Positions 20,167-30,480 of a DNA stretch of 64,000 nt are shown here, piece by piece (positions within the stretch are counted from its first letter, which is position 1; the number at the start of each line of letters is the position of its first letter). The translations under genes and the position numbers were made by a program. The stretch is from an uncultured cyanobacterium (lineage in GTDB: Bacteria > Cyanobacteriota > Cyanobacteriia > PCC-9006 > JAAUQQ01): positions 1,952,001 to 2,016,000 of the forward strand of contig OY970368.1 in NCBI GenBank assembly GCA_963718615.1. Direction: 5' to 3'. The notes below the pieces were generated by a model. The model had not been told where the DNA came from. It made no database searches and was given only the letters and a program-made list of their open reading frames with translations.

Positions 20167-20909
20167 AATTCAATGCATTTATGCTCATGGTGCCGGTTTA
20201 TTTCATGGTGAGTGTTCTGAGCCCAGGGGTGACAGTGGCGCAGGGTCAGCCTCAAGGCCGGTCGAGTCGGCTCGGTTGGGGCGAATGGTTAGCCCAACGC
20301 TTTAAGCCTAACCCTCCTTTACCTAAGAGTCCTGGTGTAACAAGGCCAGTGGAAAGGCTCTGTTTGCTGGCTCCGAATCACGAGTATCAAGACCAGGGAA
20401 ACCCCATTGAATCTAGACTTTGGCAGGATCCGGTGTTTTTTTGGACAGGCTCTGTGGCGAAGGTTGGGGTGCGGCAGGCGGGTAGTGAGGCGTTGCTCTG
20501 GACTGTCCCGGTGCAGTTGGATCCGCAGGCAGAGGTGCAGTCGCTTCGCTATGCTGGGCCGCGTCTCGAACCGGGGATGACCTATGAATGGGGGATATTT
20601 CTGTCTGCTGCGGATACGCAACCTCAGATTTTTCGAACGTTTCAGGTGATGGAGCGGGCTGAGCGGGGGCCGGTGGTTAGGGCTTGGTTGCGGGAGGAGA
20701 TTGCACTTCGTCAGACGGGGGCTTCGCCGCAGAATCGGTTGGAGCGACGGCTGGATTTTTTGTTGGAGCGGGAGCTGTTTGCTGATTTTTATCAGGAGTT
20801 GTTTTTTGGGGCTGTGCGGGGGCAGTTGCAGAGGGGAGAACAGGAGATTGTCCAAGGCATACTACAGCAATTCTGTCTTCCTCAAACTCAAATTCAAGGA
20901 TCAAAGTAA
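20163..20909 (+). CDS. DUF928-like secreted protein
   Basis: Signal peptide ending VTVAQ, SPGVTRP...LCLLAP, PVFFW and LEPGMTYEW; ATGA overlap with the CHASE2 gene. Confidence 0.7.
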   Translation: MKFNAFMLMVPVYFMVSVLSPGVTVAQGQPQGRSSRLGWGEWLAQRFKPNPPLPKSPGVTRPVERLCLLAPNHEYQDQGNPIESRLWQDPVFFWTGSVAKVGVRQAGSEALLWTVPVQLDPQAEVQSLRYAGPRLEPGMTYEWGIFLSAADTQPQIFRTFQVMERAERGPVVRAWLREEIALRQTGASPQNRLERRLDFLLERELFADFYQELFFGAVRGQLQRGEQEIVQGILQQFCLPQTQIQGSK

Positions 20910-20966
20910 GAACCCAATTAAATGGCTACGATCTCATGCGATCTAATTTTAACGGAGTAGACAACC

Positions 20967-23900
20967 ATGACTCAGGGGACAAGCATGAAAATAGTTTTTT
21001 TAGGTTCGATAGCAGCAATAATTGTTTTGTTTCTGGCCATTGGTTTAGAGGGAAATGATGGAGTAGCTTGGGCTATAAAGCCAGCCATAGAAAGTAAAAT
21101 ATTGGCACAACAATCTCAAAAAAATCAGGCAGATGAGTTATTACAGTTGGGGATTGAGCAAGCTAATCGTAATCAGTTGCGAGAAGCATTACAGAGTTGG
21201 AAACAGGCGCTAGAACTTTATCGTCAAATCAGCGATCGCCAAGGCGAGGCAAGACTATTGGGTAACCTAGGACATGTATATCTGAGCTTTGATGAATATG
21301 AGGACGCGATCTACCTATATTATCAATCTCTGCACATCTGGCGTGAAATCCGCGATAGCCAAGCTGAAGCAAAAGTGCTGAATCATCTAGGTCTTGCATA
21401 CCGTGGATTAGGAGAATATGAAGGGGCGATTCGTTCCTATCAAAAATCTCTAAAAATCTCGCGTGAAAGCCGCGATCGCCAGAGCGAAATAATGACTTTA
21501 GGTGACTTACGAGCGAGCTACGACGACTTAGATCAGTACGAAAGAACGACTAATTTGCGTCAGCAACCACTGACAGCCAACCGTAAGCTCATTGATCTTT
21601 TTGGTGAAGGGGTTTCTTCGGGTGACTTGTCACCTGTATATAACAATTTAGAAGAATATAAGCAGGCGCTTGAGCTTCATCAAAAATCCTTGGTAATTGC
21701 CAATGAAATCCGCGATCGCCCGCTCCAAGCTAGAGCCTTGAGACATTTAGGGAGTATTCATCTGAGATTAGGCGAATACGAACAGGCAATCAATTTGCAT
21801 CAACAATCTCTAGAGATTGCACGTGAAACTCGCGATCGTCAACTTGAAGCCAGATTGTTGGGGCATTTAGGTAATGTTTATCTGAGTTTAGGTGAATATG
21901 AACGAGTAATTAATTTGCATCAGCAATCGCTAAAGATCGCACGTGAAACTCACGATCGCAAACTTGAAGCCAGAGCCCTGATTGGGTTCGGCAATGCCTA
22001 CTTTTATACCTGTCAAGCCCAGAATGATTCAAGTCAGTGTAAGCTTGCATTCGACCTCTACCAGCAATCTCTGACGATTGCCCAGGAAATTCACGATCGC
22101 CAAGGTCAAGCTGCTGCTTGGAATAATTTGGCAAATTCCTCCCTGCACTTGGGTCAAAATAAACCTGCGATCGACTTTCTTCAACAATCCCTAGAGATTG
22201 CGCGTGAAATTAACGATCGCCAAATTGAAGCAGATTCCCTACACAGCTTGGGTCTTGCCTATGCCAATCAGAAAGATCACACTACGGCTCTCAGCCACTT
22301 TCAACAGGCTCTGATGCTGTTCAAAACCATCGGTGCCCGTGAAGGAGAAGGACTGACCCTCAGCGATCTGGGACGCACCTTCAATGATCTCAATCGCCCT
22401 CAACTGGCCATCATCTTCTACAAGGCATCTGTCAATGTTCGCGAGGCCATCCGAGGGGATATCCAAGGGCTCTCCCTGGAAGAACAACAGTCCTATACCA
22501 ACACCATTGCCGATAGCTATCGCGCCCTAGCAGACCTGCTTCTGCAACAAAATCGTATCCCTGAGGCTCAACGTGTTCTCGACCTACTTAAACTCCAAGA
22601 ACTCGATGATTACTTCCAAGGCATCCAACGCAGTGCCGACAGCCAAACCGGCGTAGGTTCCTCGAAAGCCGAACAAGATATCCTCAATCTCTACATCAAC
22701 CACATTCTTGCCGCCGAAGAACTCGCCAGCCTCACCAAGCGCCCCCCCAAAGACCTCAGCAACCCAGAACGTCAACGTCTGGAAGTACTCCAAGCTGAAC
22801 AAGGCCAAATTTCTCGCGACTTTTCCCAATTTCTCGAACGCGAAGATGTCACCACTGCCCTCAAAGCCCTTAACGCCCACTCAGAAGCCCGAGAAGCCCT
22901 CGAACCTAGACATTTCAAACGACTCAAAGACGACCTGGCTAAACTGCCCCAGCGCAGCGCTCTGCTTTATCCGTTGATTCTGCGCGATCGCCTCGAACTT
23001 GTCCTTGTCTTACCCAACCTAGACCCTGTCCATGTCTCCGTCTCCGTTAGCGCTGAGGAGCTCAACCAACTTATTGTTGCCTTTAGCCAAGACCTCAGCC
23101 GCCCCAATAGCAACCCCCTGCCCCCTGCCCAACAGCTTTACCGTTTGCTAATCAAGCCCCTTGAGCCAGCCCTCAGTGGAGCCCAAGTTACCCACTTATT
23201 CTACGCCCCCGACGGAGCCTTGCGCTATATTCCCCTCGCTGCCCTCCACGATGGGAATGGCCCTAATAATGGGCAATGGTTAACCGAGCGATTCACCCTC
23301 AGCAACATCACCGCTGCTTCTCTCACCGACTTTGCGAGTAACCCCGATCGCAACCTTCGCCTCTTTGCAGGGGCCTGTGCCCAATGCAGCTTTAGTTTCG
23401 AGATCAACGGACGTCCCTACCACTTTCGTGACCTACCCGCGACCCAAACCGAAGTCGAAACCCTAGCCCAAGCCTTTCGTGAGAAAACTGTCCTACTCAA
23501 CCGTGAATTTAGCCCCGCCCAGCTCAAACTCAATTTGGGCTACTACAACTTACTCCACCTTGCCACCCATGGGGCTTTTGTTGAGGGAGACCCAAGGGAA
23601 TCCTTCATTGTGTTTGGAGATGGCAGCCGCGCTAGCCTACGCGAAATCCGCGAAACTTGGGATTTGAGTCGTCAGGAACTGGTTGTGCTCAGTGCCTGCC
23701 AAACGGCTGTGGGGGGATCGCAATTGGGCAATGGGGTGGAGATTTTGGGATTAGGCTATCAAATGCAAGCTTCTGGGGCCAAGGCAACTTTGTCGTCCCT
23801 CTGGCTTGTTAGCGATACAGGAACCCAACGGTTGATGAATCAGTTTTATGCAGCTTTGTTGCAGGGAGATCGCCCCCTCACCAAACCCCAAGCCCTACAA

Positions 23901-24062
23901 CAAGCTCAACGAGCCTTGATCACTGGCAAGTTTGAGGCTGGCCATGATGAGGAACGCGCTTCCGTGGTTGGGGTGGGCGATCGTTCCAGCCAATCAAAGG
24001 AGAACAACCTCAGCCACCCCTACTACTGGGCACCGTTTATCTTGATTGGTAATGGGCTTTAG
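20967..24062 (+). CDS. TPR-CHAT protease 3 with N-terminal signal peptide or TM
   Basis: Hydrophobic leader, TPRs, HLATHG, VLSACQTA, HPYYWAPFILIGN. Confidence 0.92.
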   Translation: MTQGTSMKIVFLGSIAAIIVLFLAIGLEGNDGVAWAIKPAIESKILAQQSQKNQADELLQLGIEQANRNQLREALQSWKQALELYRQISDRQGEARLLGNLGHVYLSFDEYEDAIYLYYQSLHIWREIRDSQAEAKVLNHLGLAYRGLGEYEGAIRSYQKSLKISRESRDRQSEIMTLGDLRASYDDLDQYERTTNLRQQPLTANRKLIDLFGEGVSSGDLSPVYNNLEEYKQALELHQKSLVIANEIRDRPLQARALRHLGSIHLRLGEYEQAINLHQQSLEIARETRDRQLEARLLGHLGNVYLSLGEYERVINLHQQSLKIARETHDRKLEARALIGFGNAYFYTCQAQNDSSQCKLAFDLYQQSLTIAQEIHDRQGQAAAWNNLANSSLHLGQNKPAIDFLQQSLEIAREINDRQIEADSLHSLGLAYANQKDHTTALSHFQQALMLFKTIGAREGEGLTLSDLGRTFNDLNRPQLAIIFYKASVNVREAIRGDIQGLSLEEQQSYTNTIADSYRALADLLLQQNRIPEAQRVLDLLKLQELDDYFQGIQRSADSQTGVGSSKAEQDILNLYINHILAAEELASLTKRPPKDLSNPERQRLEVLQAEQGQISRDFSQFLEREDVTTALKALNAHSEAREALEPRHFKRLKDDLAKLPQRSALLYPLILRDRLELVLVLPNLDPVHVSVSVSAEELNQLIVAFSQDLSRPNSNPLPPAQQLYRLLIKPLEPALSGAQVTHLFYAPDGALRYIPLAALHDGNGPNNGQWLTERFTLSNITAASLTDFASNPDRNLRLFAGACAQCSFSFEINGRPYHFRDLPATQTEVETLAQAFREKTVLLNREFSPAQLKLNLGYYNLLHLATHGAFVEGDPRESFIVFGDGSRASLREIRETWDLSRQELVVLSACQTAVGGSQLGNGVEILGLGYQMQASGAKATLSSLWLVSDTGTQRLMNQFYAALLQGDRPLTKPQALQQAQRALITGKFEAGHDEERASVVGVGDRSSQSKENNLSHPYYWAPFILIGNGL

Positions 24063-24102
24063 GACGTGAATTTCAAGAACGTCAGTCTCATCGTAGATTG
24101 AC

Positions 24103-25053
24103 TTAAAACCACGGTATCCTGAACTTGTTTCGGACTCGCCCAGCTCCTGACTGCGCTCGCGACTTCAATTCCTCATCTAGATTCTTAATTACATCCCGAT
24201 CCTCGGGCTCTGCCTTTGGCACGTAGGGTTCTTTGAGAGGTTCTGCTACAGCATTTTCTTTTTGTAGTTGCAGATCAACTCCCTTCTTCTGGGCCTCACT
24301 CTCAAAAGTACCAATCGGAATTCCATAGTTAAACCCTGACTTAAACAAGGCAGATATCTCTTCTGCTGATTCATGTTCGAGATTCAACCTTTGTGATAGG
24401 CCGATTGGATCCTCAGCTCCACCGAGTCCATGAATGCCGATCACGCGTCCCGAAGAGTCGAAGATGCCACTACCACTCATGCCTGCTCGTGTCACATTGT
24501 CGTATGAAACCTCGTAGCCGCCTATAGGAGACTCCAGAAATCCGGATATATTACCGCCGGTGAACTGTCGAATTATTTGCGGATCAGTCGTTTTCATCTC
24601 AGCCATTGCAATAATCGCGTCAGGTTTTGGCCATCCAGAGATAAAGATAGACTGCCCTTCTTTCAGCCTTGCCACACTAATTTTGGCAGTAGGGTATTTT
24701 TCTTTTGTAGTAAATTTAGCAATCGCAAGATCGACTGCTGACAAAAACTTGATCTCCTCATAACTCACTTCATAGGTTTTTCGATCAGGAGTCCTCAATT
24801 GATAATCCTGTCGATGACGCAGCACATGCTCATTGCTTAAGACGAAATACTGATCTCCGTCTTTAGCAATAATGACACCTGAGCCTTGATCTTCTTTACG
24901 ATCTTTTCCCCGGATCAGAACGGTAACCTCGCGGGCAATATCATTGACTTCTTCACCGCTGAGAGCTTGTGCTCTTTGAGGAAGGGTGACAATCAGCGTA
25001 CTGGCGATCGCAACTCCAAAGACGGTCGTGGAAGCATACTTGAATAAACTCAT
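24103..25053 (-). CDS. Secreted trypsin-like (S1) serine protease
   Basis: Signal peptide ending RAQA; GSGVII, SNEHV (His), DLAI (Asp), GMSGS (Ser), VIGIHG. Confidence 0.88.
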   Translation of the reverse strand: MSLFKYASTTVFGVAIASTLIVTLPQRAQALSGEEVNDIAREVTVLIRGKDRKEDQGSGVIIAKDGDQYFVLSNEHVLRHRQDYQLRTPDRKTYEVSYEEIKFLSAVDLAIAKFTTKEKYPTAKISVARLKEGQSIFISGWPKPDAIIAMAEMKTTDPQIIRQFTGGNISGFLESPIGGYEVSYDNVTRAGMSGSGIFDSSGRVIGIHGLGGAEDPIGLSQRLNLEHESAEEISALFKSGFNYGIPIGTFESEAQKKGVDLQLQKENAVAEPLKEPYVPKAEPEDRDVIKNLDEELKSRAQSGAGRVRNKFRIPWF

Positions 25054-25201
25054 ACCTATTGACCTCAAGCAATTAACAGATTTTTTCTTGGACTAAAGCA
25101 CTAAAAACGTTGGGTAGAGCACTCGCTTGCACAAGAGTTTACACGATTTATAGTAAAAGCTCCTGAGTCGAGAACACCGTGCTCATTCACCAATGTCTAC
25201 C

Positions 25202-25229
25202 TATAAGGTTGAACCTCAAAGTTTATGCA
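25202..25229 (-). promoter_or_regulatory. Cluster promoter motif TGCAT-N17-CTTATA upstream of the trypsin gene
   Basis: Minus strand reads CTGCATAAACTTTGAGGTTCAACCTTATAGGT. Confidence 0.55.
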
Positions 25230-25292
25230 GTCAGATGCCTGCTTCAAAAAACAAAGGAACATTGACAATGCGTAGCTGGTTCGCTTCATCCT

Positions 25293-27527
25293 TCAGGGCT
25301 CACCAACCTCAAGTATCACTGAAAACACAGCAAGTGAATCAGTACTGATTGTCTTTCGAGTATCAGCACGTTGTACTCCGGCCCGAGTACTCACATCACT
25401 TACAATGTGGTCGACTAGATCGACCACCGTATCTTCACTTTCACCTGAAGAACGAGTTGTTTCTTCATTAAAACTAAGGTGACTTCCTCTTTGTAGGCCT
25501 CGACCCCTTGCAATTGTTTTCATCGCTTGTAATGCTTCTTTGAGTGGTTTTGTACTTGTAATCACCAATAATTCAGTGAAGCCAGCAGGGCCAACTAATC
25601 TCAGCTCAACAGGGACTTTACCTCCTTTCTTCTCGACCAGTGCAGCGGCTTCCGGCGCAGCCCAATCGACTGGATGTAGGAGATCCAGAGATCCATCATC
25701 AGAAATGACCATGACCCCCATAAACAGGTTTTCAATTGGGTCGTTATTTTTAACTGTTACATCAATTAAAGTCCCAGGCTTATAGGGCTTGGAAAAATCA
25801 ATTTGTCGACTGATCACATCACCCGAGCCTGCGGAACGACTCCCCAGGGTTCCCCTAGGACCATCTCCCTCCTTCACAGCAATGTCTACATCAACCTTTA
25901 CATTGTGAGACGCATCATTGAGCAACTCCTTCAAAATTTTCCCCGCTAATAGCATCTTCAGCCGAGGCCGTAACCGCCCAATCGTCGCCTCGATCGGCTC
26001 ATTGGGACCACCCAAGAACGATCGCGTCACAGGCGTTGCACTCTGACTCAATAGGCCCACACTGCCTGGGGGAACAGAAATGTCAATATTACGTTGCTGG
26101 GCTTGCTTGACCGCTTCTGGTGTTAGACGACCCAATAAAATATCGACGGGTTGAGATTGATCAACAATGACAGGCTCAATCCGGTTGATTTTGCGCAGGG
26201 CCTGCTGCGCTGTAGCTAAATTCCTACCCAAAGAAGGGTCTAACCCAACCTTGAGACTTAGGTTAGCAGGAATAATGCGCAGCTTTTCTCGCATGAGGCT
26301 ACCTTCACCCACCGTTTGACTCGGAGCCTCCACCAACCGACCATAGCCCTTCAGACCCAGTCGGCTAGTTTGTTCAACTTCCCCTAAAGGATTGCCATTT
26401 TCATCAATTAAGTCAAACTTTGCTCCCTTCTCAAAGGATTTGAGATTTCCAGAAGAGACTCCTCCCAGCCAAAACTCAACATTTTGCCCATCGACTTTCT
26501 GAAGAACGGCATCTGCTGAAGGCCGTTGGTCAGAAAGAAAATAGATAGGTTGTAACTCAAAGGCAGGATTTGCGGTAAAGGAGAGAGGATTCTGGGTTAG
26601 TCCAGAGGACTCCGCTACATCGCGGGTAATGAGTGCTAGCCGGTTGAAACTTTGTTGTAGCGATTCGCTGCTGGGTAACTGCCAAAGATAGCGTGTTAGC
26701 AGATACGTGAATGCTCCAGCATAGAAATCTCCAAAGGGCATATCAGCCGCAAGTTGATTTGCTTCCGCTGATCCTAGGGCCATCCCTCTTGCAATCCCCT
26801 TGACCCGTTCTGCTTGGAACTGTTCCGGCGAAAGATTGAGTTTGGTTAACCACTGTTCTTGAAAATTGAGTTCCTGTTCACTGGGTTTGGCCTCTGCTGC
26901 CCCAGATCTCGGTTCTATATTGCGAAACACTAAGTTTCCCCTGGTTCCCCCCCCTGAGTGACAGCTATCGAGCACCATCGTGAAGAAATCAGTATTTACG
27001 GCTCGACTGAGTAAGAAAAGTGTCTTACCCATGATGTCGTTGGCAATATTTCCCGATGCAAGACGAGTATCTGAGGGTACCAACGTTCCGTTGAGACCAC
27101 CCTCTGCTGTTGGGATAGGATTGGGATCAACAACGCGAGAACCGTGACCAGAGTAGTGGAAGACCACAATATCACCGGGTGCTGCTTGTTTAATTAGGTG
27201 CTCGTCAAAAGCCGTTAAAATATTTTCGCGGGTTGGCTTTTGTTGCGCTTCATCGCTGAGGATTAGAATGTCCTTAGGATTAAAGCCATAGCGATGCACC
27301 AAAAGTTGGCGCTGCATTTCCACATCCGTTAGGCAGCCTTGGAGATTGCGGATAGAGTCTTTGTACTGGTTTACACCAACTAACAAAGCCAGCTTTCGCC
27401 CCGTAGGCTGAGCCAAAACGCGACCATAGTGTTCGCTTTGTTGAAAGAAGTTTGCTTCATGTAGGCCCAATGCTGCCAGGGTGGAACCAGCAATCTGGAG
27501 AAAGTGGCGACGCTTTATCGAGGTCAT
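25293..27527 (-). CDS. Caspase-family (C14, orthocaspase-like) protease with twin-arginine signal and probable DUF4384-like C-terminus
   Basis: MTSIKRRHFLQ Tat-like motif; KLALLVGVNQY, LQGCLTDV, HYSGHG (His), LDSCHSGG (Cys). Start 27527 preferred over 27632. Confidence 0.9.
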   Translation of the reverse strand: MTSIKRRHFLQIAGSTLAALGLHEANFFQQSEHYGRVLAQPTGRKLALLVGVNQYKDSIRNLQGCLTDVEMQRQLLVHRYGFNPKDILILSDEAQQKPTRENILTAFDEHLIKQAAPGDIVVFHYSGHGSRVVDPNPIPTAEGGLNGTLVPSDTRLASGNIANDIMGKTLFLLSRAVNTDFFTMVLDSCHSGGGTRGNLVFRNIEPRSGAAEAKPSEQELNFQEQWLTKLNLSPEQFQAERVKGIARGMALGSAEANQLAADMPFGDFYAGAFTYLLTRYLWQLPSSESLQQSFNRLALITRDVAESSGLTQNPLSFTANPAFELQPIYFLSDQRPSADAVLQKVDGQNVEFWLGGVSSGNLKSFEKGAKFDLIDENGNPLGEVEQTSRLGLKGYGRLVEAPSQTVGEGSLMREKLRIIPANLSLKVGLDPSLGRNLATAQQALRKINRIEPVIVDQSQPVDILLGRLTPEAVKQAQQRNIDISVPPGSVGLLSQSATPVTRSFLGGPNEPIEATIGRLRPRLKMLLAGKILKELLNDASHNVKVDVDIAVKEGDGPRGTLGSRSAGSGDVISRQIDFSKPYKPGTLIDVTVKNNDPIENLFMGVMVISDDGSLDLLHPVDWAAPEAAALVEKKGGKVPVELRLVGPAGFTELLVITSTKPLKEALQAMKTIARGRGLQRGSHLSFNEETTRSSGESEDTVVDLVDHIVSDVSTRAGVQRADTRKTISTDSLAVFSVILEVGEP

Positions 27528-27625
27528 GGGGGAATGCTCCTGAGAATGACAAATGACATTTGCAAATAACGTTTGGTAGTGCGCCTTTCGCTCGTTATGG
27601 TTAGTCTCTTTTACAAGCAAAAGCA

Positions 27626-27654
27626 TATTCATCTGGACGTTCTAGAGATATGCA
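27626..27654 (-). promoter_or_regulatory. Cluster promoter motif TGCAT-N18-TGAATA upstream of the caspase gene
   Basis: Minus strand reads ATTGCATATCTCTAGAACGTCCAGATGAATATG. Confidence 0.5.
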
Positions 27655-27731
27655 ATGAGGCCTTGCGGAGACAAAACAAAGGCTGATCCCAAGACAACTG
27701 TAGCCAGCTTCAACAAGGCTTTACGCATTTT

Positions 27732-27760
27732 TGCATAACAGGACATGCCGTCTCCGTACG
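27732..27760 (+). promoter_or_regulatory. Cluster promoter motif TGCAT-N18-CGTACG upstream of the adenylate cyclase
   Basis: TTGCATAACAGGACATGCCGTCTCCGTACGTA. Confidence 0.6.
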
Positions 27761-27803
27761 TACAAGGCAAAAGCAGGACGAAAGCGTTGAGGAGAGTCAG
27801 AGC

Positions 27804-28697
27804 ATGGCAGCTATCTATAACGATCAACAGAAGGGAGTGGGACGTCCCCTGGTAATTAGGTATCAGAAGTTACCTCACCAATCCTTCAATCGCCATTTTT
27901 GGTGCAATCTAGGCACGATTGCCCTCTCCATCTCCCTGCCTCAGCTCATTCCCCAAGGATTTCTAGGGTTGCCTGTTGCGATACAAAACTTCAGCAACCT
28001 GCTTCAGACGGTTCATCCCATGGTGTGGATGCTATCAGTGGTTCTGCTCGTTGCCCTGCCCCTTAATATTGCCCATCGACTACGCTGCCATCCTCTGACT
28101 TTGCCCGCTGCGATCGCCCCAGACCTCCAACCCATCTCCCATCCCATCGCCTATTCCTACGACCAAGTCACCGTCATGTTTGCCGATTTAGTTGGGTTTA
28201 CCCCGCTGTCGGCTCAAATGGCCCCAGACCAATTGTTTGAACTGCTCAACTTGATTTTTTCGACCTTTGATCAACTGGTCGATCACCATCAGCTTGAAAC
28301 CATCAAAACCGTTGGCGATGCCTATATGGTGGCGGGAGGGCTGCCGGGAACCCCGGAACAGCATGCAGATGCCATGGTGGCGTTAGCGTTGGATATGCAA
28401 GAGGCGATCGCCCAAATTCGTCAAATCACCGGTAAAAATCTCTATTTGCGGATTGGTATCCATACAGGGCCTGTGGTTGCTGGCGTCATAGGGTTGAAAA
28501 AGTTGAGCTATGACCTCTGGGGCGATACGGTGAATATTGCGAGCCGCATGGAGTCGCAGGGAATTGTTGGAGGGATTCAAATGAGTGAGCATACTTATCA
28601 GTTATTGCAAGGGTCTTATGGGGTGCGATCTCTAGGCTGTAAGGAAATTAAGGGGAAGGGAGAAATGCAAACCTATACCGTTAATCCCTATGTCTGA
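27804..28697 (+). CDS. Class III adenylate cyclase, membrane-anchored
   Basis: VTVMFADLVGFT, IKTVGDAYM, RIGIHTGPVVAG, YDLWGDTVNIASRMES. The Lys/Asp specificity residues indicate ATP. N-terminal hydrophobic segments. Confidence 0.9.
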   Translation: MAAIYNDQQKGVGRPLVIRYQKLPHQSFNRHFWCNLGTIALSISLPQLIPQGFLGLPVAIQNFSNLLQTVHPMVWMLSVVLLVALPLNIAHRLRCHPLTLPAAIAPDLQPISHPIAYSYDQVTVMFADLVGFTPLSAQMAPDQLFELLNLIFSTFDQLVDHHQLETIKTVGDAYMVAGGLPGTPEQHADAMVALALDMQEAIAQIRQITGKNLYLRIGIHTGPVVAGVIGLKKLSYDLWGDTVNIASRMESQGIVGGIQMSEHTYQLLQGSYGVRSLGCKEIKGKGEMQTYTVNPYV

Positions 28698-28789
28698 TTG
28701 CTTGGTTCCCAGGAAATACTCGGGTTTGCGGGGTCACTAAGCTATGACAGATAGCAGGGTGACCCCACAGCGAGTAACCTCGATGAACC

Positions 28790-29560
28790 TTAAACAAAAT
28801 TAAAGTCTCGGGCAATGTCCACCGTTCCCCAATCCGCATCCTGAACAATGCCAATCAGCCAACCTTGGTAGTAAATGCCTGTATCATACGTTGAGCTACC
28901 AACATTGTAATTGCCCACACCCAGCGTATACAGGCTGGAATTACCCACGACTTCGATCCGGTCGGTGGAGTAGGGGTCAACGCCGCCACTATAGAACGGA
29001 TCCCAATCGACAATGATATCAACGCCTTCCCAGAGGCGGAGGGCAAAGGTATCTGAGCCCATGCCACCGACTAAGGTGTCGTTACCGTAGCCACCATTCA
29101 GATAGTCACGACCATTGCCGCCGATTAGATAGTCTTGACCATTATCGCCGTATAGACAGTCGTTGTCGTTGCCGCCGAAGAGCCAGTCATCGCCGCCGCC
29201 GCCAAACATCACGTCATTGCCATTTCCTCCGTAGAGCGTATCATTGCCGGGGCCAAGGCCAAGAAAGCCATCGCTGCCGCCAAACATCCAATCATCGCCA
29301 TCCCCTCCGTCTAGGAGGTCGTGACCATCACCGCCATCCATCCAGTCATTACCGGCATCACCGTAAAGATTATCTTCGCCGCTGCCACCGTAAATTGAAT
29401 CATGGCCGGAACCACCGAATGCAAGATCGTTACCGCCATTGCCAAAGATAGTGTCGTTGCCGCCATTACCGTAAAGCGTGTCATTTTGGGGGAACCAACC
29501 GAGAAAGCCGTCGCTGCCTTCTAGGGTATCTGCGCCAAAACCACCGTGATAAACTGCCAT
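28790..29560 (-). CDS. RTX/hemolysin-type calcium-binding repeat protein
   Basis: Tandem GGxGxDxLx nonapeptides over most of its length; no Sec signal. Confidence 0.88.
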   Translation of the reverse strand: MAVYHGGFGADTLEGSDGFLGWFPQNDTLYGNGGNDTIFGNGGNDLAFGGSGHDSIYGGSGEDNLYGDAGNDWMDGGDGHDLLDGGDGDDWMFGGSDGFLGLGPGNDTLYGGNGNDVMFGGGGDDWLFGGNDNDCLYGDNGQDYLIGGNGRDYLNGGYGNDTLVGGMGSDTFALRLWEGVDIIVDWDPFYSGGVDPYSTDRIEVVGNSSLYTLGVGNYNVGSSTYDTGIYYQGWLIGIVQDADWGTVDIARDFNFV

Positions 29561-29703
29561 CGGAAAACTCCTGATTTTTGTTGTGGATTGTTTGAGAATT
29601 CACAGCCGATCTCTTGATGTTGAAGATTGAGAAATTCAACAGTTAGAGAATGTTTCTAAAGGAGAGTGCTGGGTGAATAGGAGCTTGTTTGCTCTTGCTA
29701 TTC

Positions 29704-29732
29704 TGTACTTAGAGTTGTTGATTGGCTATGCA
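29704..29732 (-). promoter_or_regulatory. Cluster promoter motif TGCAT-N18-AGTACA upstream of the RTX gene
   Basis: Minus strand reads CTGCATAGCCAATCAACAACTCTAAGTACAGAAT. Confidence 0.55.
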
Positions 29733-29900
29733 GTTTTAATCGATTTTTTATGATTCACTTTTTCTAAAAGACTTGCTGGCTGTAGCTTCTATGATTTTCA
29801 AGAGATAACGAATTCAAAATAGATCGAAGCCTAGGGAACTTTTGATGGGTAATTTTGTCTTTTTAGGGATTTGCGATCGCCCAAGAATTCTTCTGAAATC

Positions 29901-29928
29901 TGCATAGCTTCCCAAGGAACTACAGATA
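29901..29928 (+). promoter_or_regulatory. Cluster promoter motif TGCAT-N17-CAGATA upstream of hypothetical gene 29961
   Basis: CTGCATAGCTTCCCAAGGAACTACAGATATT. Confidence 0.5.
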
Positions 29929-29960
29929 TTGATCCTAGAAACATTCACAGTGTCAACTTC

Positions 29961-30359
29961 ATGAACATGATTCAGAACTTAGTGCAGAACGTATTCGGGG
30001 CTTCCCATCAGCAGAATGAAGCGATCGCCCAAAGCTTAAAGACCGGAGGTCTCTATTCCTTCACCCAGCGAGGCAAAAGGGGGCCTTTTGGGATTGTCAA
30101 AATCTTGGTGCTAGAGCCTAAAATTGTTCATGTTCGTGTCTATAACCCCTGCTTTTCTGTTCGTCCGACGGTGGTTGAAGACTTAGATCAAGGCGTGGAA
30201 TCCTTACTCTCTGACTGGACGATTGGGCATCTGCCTTTAGCCTTGAACGAGTTTGTGAAAGCATGGCAGCCCGTGCTGTTGGTGGAAACCAGGGTGGAGG
30301 AAGAGGAATTAGAAGGCTACAATATCTGGAAAGAAGATCAAGGGGGGGTGTTTAGTTAA
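29961..30359 (+). CDS. Hypothetical protein
   Basis: Compact ORF (FGIVKILVLE...VHVRVY...IGHLPL...EELEGYNIWKEDQGGVF); ATG 29961 preferred over TTG 29871. Confidence 0.7.
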   Translation: MNMIQNLVQNVFGASHQQNEAIAQSLKTGGLYSFTQRGKRGPFGIVKILVLEPKIVHVRVYNPCFSVRPTVVEDLDQGVESLLSDWTIGHLPLALNEFVKAWQPVLLVETRVEEEELEGYNIWKEDQGGVFS

Positions 30360-30480
30360 TTGACGTTACCCCACCGTCGCCCTACCGTTCTGTACCTTGC
30401 GTAAGTAGGTAAGGGACTATGGGGGATGGTAGGATTGTGGGGGATGGTAGAATAGAGAAGAGGTGTTGAGGGGTAAAGCT

